Of a stretch of 64,000 bases of DNA, positions 29,780 to 38,537 are shown one piece after another (the stretch's first letter is position 1; every line of letters begins with the position of its first letter). This DNA comes from Patescibacteria group bacterium (lineage in GTDB: Bacteria > Patescibacteriota > Microgenomatia > UBA10105 > UBA927). The notes under the pieces are model-generated. The model worked only from the letters and a program-made list of their open reading frames with translations. It did no database searches and was not told where the DNA came from. The stretch lies in the NCBI GenBank assembly GCA_038062895.1, contig JBBTWJ010000003.1, forward strand, positions 27,474-91,473. The letters are read 5' to 3'. The position numbers and the translations under genes are program-made.

Positions 29780-30825
29780 AGAGCTATCTTTGTGAGTAAC
29801 GCATCAAATGCATCACAAAATCTGTTCACGGAGAACTGTTTGCTTTTTTCAATGGCATTCTTCCGCAAATCCATTGCACCATCTTTATTCATGATAACGT
29901 CATTGGTTTTCCCGAGAAGCTCATCAACGGTTCTCCAAAGAAATCCATTTTTACCATCGTCGACCACTTCCGGTTGACCCCCACCCGCAAATACGACAGG
30001 CACTGCCCCCGCGGACATAGCCTCAACCGTGGTTATTCCGAAATGCTCCATCCACCGCGGATCCGTCTCCCCATATCCGGCCGCGTGCCAATACACCGAC
30101 GCCCGGCAGTAGTAGTCCGTAAGCTGATCATGAGAAATATTTGGCTCAATACATATGGGTAATCCCTTCGTCTTTTTTTTCAACGCATCAACGTAATCCT
30201 GATCTCCCGGCAGAAAACCTCCGGCGAGTACAAGTCTCCAACCATTCCATTTTGTATTTTTAAATCCTTTTGCAAACGCTTCGATAAGCACGTGCTGCTT
30301 CTTGGTAGTATGAAATTCTGAAAATCGTCCTATCGAAAGAATGAGGTTTTCCTTCTTCCGGCCGTCAGCCTCGACAGGACAAACCGGTGGATAGATAACG
30401 ATGGCACGCTGACTCACCCGGGCATCAAGCGCGCGCTTCGTAAAATCAGAATTACACACCACGGCTTGATACCGCCAAAGTTTTATTGGTGAATAGGAAA
30501 CCTTCGGAAACGGGACCTGGTAGTGAAGAATATTTAATGTGGCAAGCGAAGACGGAATGCTCCCATCGCTTAAAACAAAGATTAGATCGTATTGTCGGGA
30601 TAATAGTAATTTTTTGAATACATTAGATGCTCTAAATATATTTCGAGTAACTTTTATCCTCGATAGATCTATATCGAGCCGTCCTTGAGCTTCATTAAGG
30701 ATATTTTTATTATCCCAAAAAACAGAAACAGTATGTGCCTTGGACCAATGGGATGCAAGAGTAAGCGTATACCGCTCGCCTCCTCCTTGGGTGTCCATGT
30801 AGGGATTATAAATTCCGATTTTCAT
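29776..30825 (-). CDS. GT4 glycosyltransferase (ALG11-like)
   Basis: GGGERY, SIGRF, KKQ and EHFGITTVEAMSAG motifs; start moved to MKIG (ATGA overlap). Confidence 0.9.
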   Translation of the reverse strand: MKIGIYNPYMDTQGGGERYTLTLASHWSKAHTVSVFWDNKNILNEAQGRLDIDLSRIKVTRNIFRASNVFKKLLLSRQYDLIFVLSDGSIPSSLATLNILHYQVPFPKVSYSPIKLWRYQAVVCNSDFTKRALDARVSQRAIVIYPPVCPVEADGRKKENLILSIGRFSEFHTTKKQHVLIEAFAKGFKNTKWNGWRLVLAGGFLPGDQDYVDALKKKTKGLPICIEPNISHDQLTDYYCRASVYWHAAGYGETDPRWMEHFGITTVEAMSAGAVPVVFAGGGQPEVVDDGKNGFLWRTVDELLGKTNDVIMNKDGAMDLRKNAIEKSKQFSVNRFCDAFDALLTKIAL

Positions 30826-33125
30826 GGCTTTATAATACGTATGACCTTTGCCAACAATGCCAGCAATAAAACTCCAAACCCCGCAAACCACAACCCTACC
30901 ACGAAACTTCCCGGCCAGTATACCATCCGGATGGTGTGTTCGCCCGAAGGCACAAAAACGGAGCGGAAATCATAATCAGCACGATAAATCTGTACATTCT
31001 GACCATCTATGGTCGCTTTCCACCCCGGATCGAATGCATCGGAAAGAAATAATAGCTTGGGAGTCCCTGAAGATGTACGCATGACCACGTCGTTTGGGGT
31101 GTACGTAATGATATCAACTCCACCTGCTCCTGATTGCACAAACACTTTTGGATCAGTTTCTAATACAAGAGTTTGCCCAGCATCAAATCCTTCTGAAAAA
31201 AGTGTGTCGATGATCTGTTGATCAGTAGAACGAACAAGATAGGATGAAGCAAAAAAAGCACGCGGCAGGGATTTCTGATTTTCAAATACCTCATAATGTT
31301 CATTTCTGTATATACTTTTATAATACGGATATTCCCAGTACGGGTACGCCCATGAGAATCGGCCGTCACTTAACCGGTGGACGATATAGCGCACTCCCAA
31401 CAATTGCAATGCTTGTTCAGAAAATTTCGCGAGTTTTGCAAATTGCACCACAGAACGTTCCGGAACAATAATTTTACCCTCGCTTAACGAGCGGATAAAT
31501 TCTCCATATCGTTTTTGATATACCGCGTCGTATCCCTCAATTCCCAAAAGTCCGAACCCGTTCGTGACTTCCCCTCCAAGGTTGCCTAATATTCTCTCGT
31601 GGTCAACTGTATTCTTAAGAAATGACAGCACCGCGACTTCCGGATATACATATTCCCGCGGGTCAAACGGCATCCATTTGGCCGCGTACCGGACCATATC
31701 TAAAGTCGCCAGCAGCATAAATAATCCAATAACCAATGATCGAATGATCTTCCACTTTCTCATACAACCCATGACGGCAAACACACAAAATCCCAGAGCC
31801 AAACCTGTGGGAAACAAAAGATTCCTTCGCGCAATGGCGAGTTTCTCTATCTCAAACGGATGAAAGAACAAAACGACAGACCATGTGGCTATAAGAAACA
31901 GGGATATGATCATCGCAGTCAGTAATATCGGAGACGTTCTTTTCTTCTCCCAATCCTCCCGTAACCCATCCAAACCGTATGCTGCGATCACACAAAGGGA
32001 AAAACTCACCAGAACGATGATCCGGACTGCGTAACTTGTAGAAATTGCAGGCAATTTAAGCCAAACCACGAATACGTTGACGGGTGAGGGAGTCGCAATG
32101 AGAAATGAAATGATGGCAACCCCCAAGAAAAATCCTATCCTCCTTGTCCGACGAACGATCGCATATACGGCCAGTAATAATGGTATGACGCCAATATAGG
32201 ATGCCCATTCGGCGTAATATCCAAACCAATCATTACGGGTCACGGGATTTCCATAGAAATCAGGCGAAAATAGTGTGATGAGATACCGCCATGCGATACC
32301 GCCCCCTTGAGTAAATAATTCACTGCGCACGGACCTGCTGTACGCATCAAAAGAGAGTAGAATTTGCGGCGCGCTTATCATCAAACCAAACAATACAGCC
32401 AACCCCAACTCAATGACTGCTTTTATATTCTTCCTCGAGAAACCCTGATAGATGACAAATGCAGTTACTGTAATCAACACATAGACACTCATCTGAAAAT
32501 GCCCAGATAGAAATGACCATGCCAGACCTGACGAAACGATCACAGGGTTGTACCATGACCGTTTATTGACATGCATGAGCACTACAGCCAATAGAAGCGG
32601 CAACCAAAGCACTGCCCACGAGAGCGTCCCATAGGCCATCCAGACGGTTAAAAATCCACAAAACATGAATGCGATTGATCCGATGAAGCCTGCTGCCTGT
32701 GACCGGTCTAAACCGCGAAGCAATATATACATAAAAATACCGGCCAATAGCGGTTGGAGAAGAATACTCAAACTCCACGCATCAAGAAACGGAAAAACGA
32801 AATAAAGGAGATTGACGGGAGAAAACACGGCAGTCTGATAATTAGCCGCATGCGGCGAGCCGGAGAAGCTATAGGGATTCCAAAGTGGCACCTGACCCTG
32901 TCGCCAACTATCTATAGTTATTTTCTTCCAAGGGTAAATCTGTGTGACGACGTCCGGCATCGCATTATTTTTAAGAGCCATTCCGTATTGTGCACTCCAC
33001 GGTGAAAAAAAAGTAACCAGATATTTACTCGGGAAAGGGACCAACCCCTTAAAAAAATAGGGCGAGGAGAAAATAAACCAAACAATGATGATCGCAAATA
33101 TTGGCCAGTATTTTTTTATTAACAT
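30822..33125 (-). CDS. YfhO family membrane glycosyltransferase (GT-C)
   Basis: PLWNPYSFSG, PDFYGNP, IEGYDA, LPRAF and DAFDPGW motifs. Confidence 0.85.
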   Translation of the reverse strand: MLIKKYWPIFAIIIVWFIFSSPYFFKGLVPFPSKYLVTFFSPWSAQYGMALKNNAMPDVVTQIYPWKKITIDSWRQGQVPLWNPYSFSGSPHAANYQTAVFSPVNLLYFVFPFLDAWSLSILLQPLLAGIFMYILLRGLDRSQAAGFIGSIAFMFCGFLTVWMAYGTLSWAVLWLPLLLAVVLMHVNKRSWYNPVIVSSGLAWSFLSGHFQMSVYVLITVTAFVIYQGFSRKNIKAVIELGLAVLFGLMISAPQILLSFDAYSRSVRSELFTQGGGIAWRYLITLFSPDFYGNPVTRNDWFGYYAEWASYIGVIPLLLAVYAIVRRTRRIGFFLGVAIISFLIATPSPVNVFVVWLKLPAISTSYAVRIIVLVSFSLCVIAAYGLDGLREDWEKKRTSPILLTAMIISLFLIATWSVVLFFHPFEIEKLAIARRNLLFPTGLALGFCVFAVMGCMRKWKIIRSLVIGLFMLLATLDMVRYAAKWMPFDPREYVYPEVAVLSFLKNTVDHERILGNLGGEVTNGFGLLGIEGYDAVYQKRYGEFIRSLSEGKIIVPERSVVQFAKLAKFSEQALQLLGVRYIVHRLSDGRFSWAYPYWEYPYYKSIYRNEHYEVFENQKSLPRAFFASSYLVRSTDQQIIDTLFSEGFDAGQTLVLETDPKVFVQSGAGGVDIITYTPNDVVMRTSSGTPKLLFLSDAFDPGWKATIDGQNVQIYRADYDFRSVFVPSGEHTIRMVYWPGSFVVGLWFAGFGVLLLALLAKVIRIIKP

Positions 33126-33126
33126 G

Positions 33127-33174
33127 GTTACTTTGTAATTTAGTTACTTTGTTACTTTGTTAATTTGTTACTTT
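33127..33174. repeat. Octamer repeat (GTTACTTT)x6 spanning a stop codon and the intergenic gap
   Basis: gttacttt gtaattta gttacttt gttacttt gttaattt gttacttt. Confidence 0.85.
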
Positions 33175-33907
33175 GTTGCATCTCCCACAGCTTGGCATAT
33201 GTGATAAATATACTAAATGCCTGATAAATGCTTTCGATCCATCCGAGCGTTCCCGCCCGCCAACCTCCTTGCCCAATAAACGAATCAAAAAATGCAGTGG
33301 ACATAACCCGTATGAACCGCCACCAAACGACTGGAGGATGCTCCGCATCAAACCGTAATCTGGCTTCCGCTTGGGACCATTCATTTGTTTTTGTGACCAT
33401 TTCTCCCAACGACCGATGCGTATCGTGCAGCAAGGGAGCATGTAATCTCCCTATTTCGCCCGTTATGCGTGCTGTTTCGTGGAGTTCTCCATACCACTCG
33501 GTAAGCGCGTCTTTGCGCATGAGTCGCAGAATATATTCATCCGCCGGCCACTCATGACCCAAATAATAATTTTTCCTCCTAATTTTGTATCCGCTGAAAG
33601 ATGAAAGCTGATCGCGGATAACTTTTCTAATTTCTTTAGCAAGCTCTTCCGTCACCACCTCATCGGCGTCAACATATAAGAGCCAGCCGCTAAGGGCTTT
33701 ATCTTTCGCTATATTTCTAAGTTTGGCAAAATCGACAACACCCTGGGCTTTGACAATCACCGCTCCTGATCGAAGAGCAAGTTCAGTTGTTTTATCCATT
33801 GATCCATTATCTACGACGATCATCTCATCTGCCCACTTGAGAGACGATAAACACTTCAAAATCCGTGCTTCTTCATTTTTGGCGATAATGATAGCTGATA
33901 TATTCAT
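33152..33907 (-). CDS. GT2 glycosyltransferase (WaaE/LgtF-like)
   Basis: IIAKNEE, VVDNGSMD, YVDADE and LHE motifs; start at MNIS (ATGA overlap). Confidence 0.85.
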   Translation of the reverse strand: MNISAIIIAKNEEARILKCLSSLKWADEMIVVDNGSMDKTTELALRSGAVIVKAQGVVDFAKLRNIAKDKALSGWLLYVDADEVVTEELAKEIRKVIRDQLSSFSGYKIRRKNYYLGHEWPADEYILRLMRKDALTEWYGELHETARITGEIGRLHAPLLHDTHRSLGEMVTKTNEWSQAEARLRFDAEHPPVVWWRFIRVMSTAFFDSFIGQGGWRAGTLGWIESIYQAFSIFITYAKLWEMQQSNKLTK

Positions 33908-34836
33908 GCTTTTCCCCATTTTCCTACTAAAGCGTCTATTACCGCCTTTCGATATATTGATGGTCCTACAAAGACGAACCGCAGTGCCTCCCTAATAAGC
34001 GCAAGTTTTGTCCGTGCGCTCGCATAACGCAAACCTACGAGAAGTCGATTCCGCGTCATATAATACTGGTGAAGTTCACTGCCCACGCCACTTGAACCGG
34101 CATTATTGTGCCATAGTATTGATTGCGGAACATACAGGAGTTTATATCCCCCTTGTTTTGCCCGTAGACAAAAATCTACATCTTCCAGATATGCAAAAAA
34201 TTTCCCATCAAATAATCCAACATCCTCAAATACCTGGCTTTTGATCATCATCGAACAACCGGTGACGAACGAAGTTTGTTCCAAAATTTCATATTGTCCC
34301 GTATCCACCTCATCCACACCGCGATGGGAGGCATACATATTCTTCCAATCAATAATGCCTCCGGCATACCAAAGCACGCGACCGCGATCCTTCACTCCAT
34401 AACGATCTTTGTGATATTCCCGGCCCGGCGCAAAATAAATCTTTGATCCCGCAATACCTACACGACTATCTTGAAATGCGTCAACGAGTGCTGCCAAAGC
34501 ATTTGGATCCACCACGGTGTCATTATTCAAAAGCCACACGAAATCAGCTCCCTGTTCCAACGCTTTCCTAATTCCGGCGTTATTACCTCCCGAAAACCCA
34601 AGATTCCGACCGGTCTCTATAACGTCCACGTCAGGAAAATTCTTCTTTATTACTATCACAGAATCATCGGTCGAACCATTGTCAACCACGATACTTTTGA
34701 CATTCAACTTTTGTCCTGCGGAGCTGGATCCCGCTTCGCGGGAACTTTTTACTTTTAACTTTTTTAACGAAGCGAGACACGCAAGCGTATCCTTTTTTCC
34801 GTTCCAATTAACGAGTATGATGGATATATTCGTCAT
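33904..34836 (-). CDS. GT2 glycosyltransferase (WbbL/rhamnosyltransferase-like)
   Basis: ILVNWNG, VVDNGSTD, NLGFSGGNN, LLNND and YLEDVDFCLR motifs; start moved to MTNI. Confidence 0.85.
   Translation of the reverse strand: MTNISIILVNWNGKKDTLACLASLKKLKVKSSREAGSSSAGQKLNVKSIVVDNGSTDDSVIVIKKNFPDVDVIETGRNLGFSGGNNAGIRKALEQGADFVWLLNNDTVVDPNALAALVDAFQDSRVGIAGSKIYFAPGREYHKDRYGVKDRGRVLWYAGGIIDWKNMYASHRGVDEVDTGQYEILEQTSFVTGCSMMIKSQVFEDVGLFDGKFFAYLEDVDFCLRAKQGGYKLLYVPQSILWHNNAGSSGVGSELHQYYMTRNRLLVGLRYASARTKLALIREALRFVFVGPSIYRKAVIDALVGKWGKA
34693..34766. repeat. (ACTTTTN)n heptamers interrupted by a 30-nt double-hairpin cassette at 34714-34743
   Basis: tcctgc-gga-gctgga plus tcccgc-ttc-gcggga, encoding KLKVKSSREAGSSSAGQKLNVKS. 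Confidence 0.85.
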
Positions 34837-34837
34837 A

Positions 34838-35473
34838 TCAGTTTGTAACAATCCGAATTCTTGCGTTTTGAATATTTGCATCATATTTTAGCGTCGACAA
34901 TCCCATCACGCGGTATAGTTTTGCGCCCGGCTCGAGGGTAATCGTTGCCTCTTTTTTAGTAAGAATCGGTCCCTCCGAGCTCACCTCGCTAAACCAAACA
35001 TCATGCTTATCAGTCACATTATAAAGCTTGGCTTTTACCATTCCGTTCGCCGTTGGTATGTTAAGAAATACTTCAAATAATATCGATTTAATCGACGGAT
35101 AATTGGTTGTATCTATAACGGCTTCAACACCTGCTACATCCTCCCAGACACTACTTTTTGTAGATCCGGATCCTAAGGTAATATAATATTCTTTCACGGT
35201 ATTTTTCGTTGGTAATAATGAGGTGCTCTGTTGGGTTGCAACCGCGCTTATTGAATCTATCCGCCGGTTTAACGCGTCAATTTTCTCTGCGCAGGATGCT
35301 GAACATGCTTCTGTTGGAGATACAGGCGGAGCGATACGCACGGACGCGGCGTTCATTTCAACAGGTCGAACCACTTGACGGTTAAAAATAACAGCAAGAT
35401 CAAGCATGACAATATTTACTGTAAGAAGTAACAAAAACGAAGCGACAAGCCCAATTTTAACGGTACGTGGCAT
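34838..35473 (-). CDS. Hypothetical protein with a single N-terminal TM and an extracellular beta-rich domain
   Basis: 211-aa ORF in operon context; CxxxC motif after the TM. Confidence 0.7.
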   Translation of the reverse strand: MPRTVKIGLVASFLLLLTVNIVMLDLAVIFNRQVVRPVEMNAASVRIAPPVSPTEACSASCAEKIDALNRRIDSISAVATQQSTSLLPTKNTVKEYYITLGSGSTKSSVWEDVAGVEAVIDTTNYPSIKSILFEVFLNIPTANGMVKAKLYNVTDKHDVWFSEVSSEGPILTKKEATITLEPGAKLYRVMGLSTLKYDANIQNARIRIVTN

Positions 35474-36359
35474 ATTTTCGTAAGATCCGGTACCACAATT
35501 TTTTCATCGAACTCACGGTTTGGGAAATTTTTACGCTAAGCATCCAATATCTGACCTCTCCCCCAGCCCGGACCATTTCTTTATCCATGACCTCAATGGG
35601 GAGATCAATCGCAATAAATTTCTCCCGTTCCCATAATTTAACAAATACGATAAAAGAATAAAACGCCTGAAGCAAGGAAAGTACGAGACCATGTAAGCCG
35701 TCTTTAAAGCCTCTCTGCGCAAGAAACGTTTTAACAAAATCACTCATGGGAAACCGGATTGCGTCATACCAAATGACACGATACCCTGACGCAAGATGAT
35801 TTTCTACTTCGCTGACCGTATAAATCTCATCCATCTTGCGGATAAACTGTGAAACGGTTTCGTAGTTATAATGCACCATCGACGAAGTCAGTTCGCTCGT
35901 GAGACCATCAACGGAGAGGTACTCATGCACATGTTTACACGGGAACCCGCCCAACCCACGCTTAAATAGCCGAAGTTGTTTATCGGGCCACCATAACCCG
36001 TGCTGTATCCACTTCCCGAAAAGTATATTCTTTCTTGGAATCCAATATCCAACAATATCTGCGTGAGTAATTTGTTGTATTTCGTGGGCTAGCTCCGGCG
36101 GAATTACTTCATCTCCATCCAAAGATAATATCCAATCACTTTTTACTTTGGTAAATCCAAAATTTTTACTCACGTTCAGCATCGGGCTATTCTTATGGTG
36201 AAACACGTTAGCTCCATACTGTTTTGCCAGGCGTACCGTCTTATCGGTCGATTCGTTGTCCACAACGATGATTTCATCAGCCCATTGGATGGACGCGAGC
36301 GTCCGCTCAATTTTAGCTTCCTCATTTTGCACGGAAAGAACAACGCTTATCGTTTCCAT
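35457..36359 (-). CDS. GT2 glycosyltransferase (WaaE/LgtF-like)
   Basis: VQNEE, VVDNESTD, WILSLDGDE, WPD and VHE motifs. Confidence 0.85.
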   Translation of the reverse strand: METISVVLSVQNEEAKIERTLASIQWADEIIVVDNESTDKTVRLAKQYGANVFHHKNSPMLNVSKNFGFTKVKSDWILSLDGDEVIPPELAHEIQQITHADIVGYWIPRKNILFGKWIQHGLWWPDKQLRLFKRGLGGFPCKHVHEYLSVDGLTSELTSSMVHYNYETVSQFIRKMDEIYTVSEVENHLASGYRVIWYDAIRFPMSDFVKTFLAQRGFKDGLHGLVLSLLQAFYSFIVFVKLWEREKFIAIDLPIEVMDKEMVRAGGEVRYWMLSVKISQTVSSMKKLWYRILRKYATYR

Positions 36360-37807
36360 AATTGCCTCACTTGAGCGGTAAGTAGCCCAACTTTTTCGCG
36401 TTCAAATCTCAAAATCACTACTCCAAACAGTATAACACCCACGCATTGGGCAACTATCGTCCAGAAGATTGTACTTCCCAACCACAAAATAATTCCTTGG
36501 GCCACGATACATTGTACGATTGCCCCAAATATAGATGTTTGTACGCTCCTTAAAAAGGAAAAAAACACGACTCGTTTGAGCAGCACTACCACTAAAGCAA
36601 CTGTGGAGGTAATTGCAAGGAGCGCAATGGCTACAGCGTTAAATCCGAAAACCGGTAGTAAGATAAGGGTAAATGCCCATGTGAGAGTCGTCCAAAGAAC
36701 CATGAGCTTGAGGGTCGTCCGTATATGCCCAAGCGCGTTAAGTGCATTGGTCAATGGAGTTGATAAACTCGCAACGGCTGAAGCCACCGCAAACAGATAA
36801 AAGGAAAAAAGCGCCGGCTCCCATTTACCATATCGAGGGATGACCGCCATAAATGGCCGGATACCCACGATCATAGCAACACTTATCGGCAAGATCGTAA
36901 CACTCAATCCAAAAAGCGTATGTTCTATTCCCGCGCGCAGACGTTTCGTGTCATGCTGTAGGCGCGAAAACGCAGGAAAAGTGACCCGTACAATACTATC
37001 CATGATGAGCCGAAGCGGCACCTCTGCCCATTTTTTCGCCCAACCGATATATCCCACTTGGGCGAGAGGAAGTACCTTTCCTAAATAGACCGTGAGCAGA
37101 TCGTCTTTAATAAGCGCAAGAAATGAATTCATCTGAAACGGAATACCGAACCGGAGAAGCCGCAAAGCCACATCCTTTGATATCCCGATTCCTGGGATCC
37201 AAGGGGCCACTATGTACATAGCAATAAGGCCAACCACTGCGCGCACTCCGACAGCCCATGTAAAACTGGTCACGCCAAAACCCCACCAGGCAAGAAGTAC
37301 CGCAGTAAGATAAAATCCCACGGTTTCCAATATTTGAGGGATAACCAATTTACCAAACGCAAGCTCGCGTTCAAGAAGTATCGAGGGAATTGTCTTAAGT
37401 GATGAAAGAAAAAATGCGAGCGCCAATATACGATAAAGCCACATCCCCGGTTCGTCCAGACCATACCAACGACCGATAAAAGGAGACAATACGAGGGCCA
37501 CGATAACCGCTGTCCCTACAAGAATTTGTTGTATGGTGAATGTCGTCACGAGATCTTCTCTTGTGAGAGCATGTTTTTTTTGAATAAGGGCAGCCGCGAG
37601 CCCGATATCGGAAAAATACCCTAAAAATGCAACCATCGCTGATACGACGTAAAAAATGCCAAATACTGCCGGACTTAAAAAAATGGTGAGAAGAAATGTC
37701 GCACTAAAAGCGATAAGCTGCAACACAAAGGTCCGTGAGGTCAGCGCCACGACACCAGCGAGCGCACGACCCCGTATTGAATCGACCGGCATAGTTTCAT
37801 CCACCAT
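36347..37807 (-). CDS. wzx: Oligosaccharide flippase (Wzx / PST family)
   Basis: LSPAVFG, SDIGLAAALIQ and VTFPAFSRLQ motifs, about 12-14 TM; start MVDE preceded by GGAGG. Confidence 0.8.
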   Translation of the reverse strand: MVDETMPVDSIRGRALAGVVALTSRTFVLQLIAFSATFLLTIFLSPAVFGIFYVVSAMVAFLGYFSDIGLAAALIQKKHALTREDLVTTFTIQQILVGTAVIVALVLSPFIGRWYGLDEPGMWLYRILALAFFLSSLKTIPSILLERELAFGKLVIPQILETVGFYLTAVLLAWWGFGVTSFTWAVGVRAVVGLIAMYIVAPWIPGIGISKDVALRLLRFGIPFQMNSFLALIKDDLLTVYLGKVLPLAQVGYIGWAKKWAEVPLRLIMDSIVRVTFPAFSRLQHDTKRLRAGIEHTLFGLSVTILPISVAMIVGIRPFMAVIPRYGKWEPALFSFYLFAVASAVASLSTPLTNALNALGHIRTTLKLMVLWTTLTWAFTLILLPVFGFNAVAIALLAITSTVALVVVLLKRVVFFSFLRSVQTSIFGAIVQCIVAQGIILWLGSTIFWTIVAQCVGVILFGVVILRFEREKVGLLTAQVRQLWKR

Positions 37808-38537
37808 GACTCCTCCTATCCCATGGACGGGTAACAAAGAGTCTCCATAGCCCATTCAAGTCCCCTTGAGCAGTTTTCATAACCCGTACCGTTGAGCCAG
37901 GATTGTCTATCCACGTTACCGGCTCCTCATAAATCCTGTATCCTGATTTTTCTCCAACGATGAGAAGTTCCGAATCAAAGAACCATTCATTATCTCTAAT
38001 CTTTGGAATAAGCTCCTCTACGACTCTGCGTGTTACAGCCTTAAATCCACACTGCGCATCAGAAAAATGTATCATAAAAAAGAGTTTAATAAGAAAAATG
38101 TATCCTTTGGACGTGATCGTGCGAAGCATGCTCCTCCCATAGACCCGAGCTCCGTGGGCGTTTCGAGAGCCGATGGAAATATCGTATCCCCGTACAAGTG
38201 ACCGGACGAGGGAAGAAAAGTGCTTGAGATCCGTCGAAAGATCTATATCCATATAGGCATTCACATCCGCGGGATACTTCGTCCATGCATATTTGACTGC
38301 CCTTCCTCTGCCTTTTTGATCTACGTGTATTGCGCGAACACGGTCAAACCTGGATCCTAAAGATTTTGCGATAGCGTACGTCTCATCTTTGGACGCATTG
38401 TCAATAATCGTTATCTTCCAATTAAAATCATCTAGCTCACGAGAAAGAAACCCATTAAGCGTCATGACGCTCTCTTCTAGCTCTTTCTCTTCGTTATAAA
38501 CCGGAAGGCAGATGTTAAGCGATGGATTTTTTACCAT
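37797..38537 (-). CDS. GT2 polyprenol-phosphate glycosyltransferase (DPG/DPM synthase-like)
   Basis: LPVYNEE, KGRGRA, YMDIDLSTD, DAQCGFKA and WFFDSEL motifs. Confidence 0.85.
   Translation of the reverse strand: MVKNPSLNICLPVYNEEKELEESVMTLNGFLSRELDDFNWKITIIDNASKDETYAIAKSLGSRFDRVRAIHVDQKGRGRAVKYAWTKYPADVNAYMDIDLSTDLKHFSSLVRSLVRGYDISIGSRNAHGARVYGRSMLRTITSKGYIFLIKLFFMIHFSDAQCGFKAVTRRVVEELIPKIRDNEWFFDSELLIVGEKSGYRIYEEPVTWIDNPGSTVRVMKTAQGDLNGLWRLFVTRPWDRRSHGG

Noticed and set aside
30515-30528. cctggtagtgaag as a fifth element end
   Set aside because: Only a partial match, inside GT4 coding sequence, with no partner arm or target duplication.
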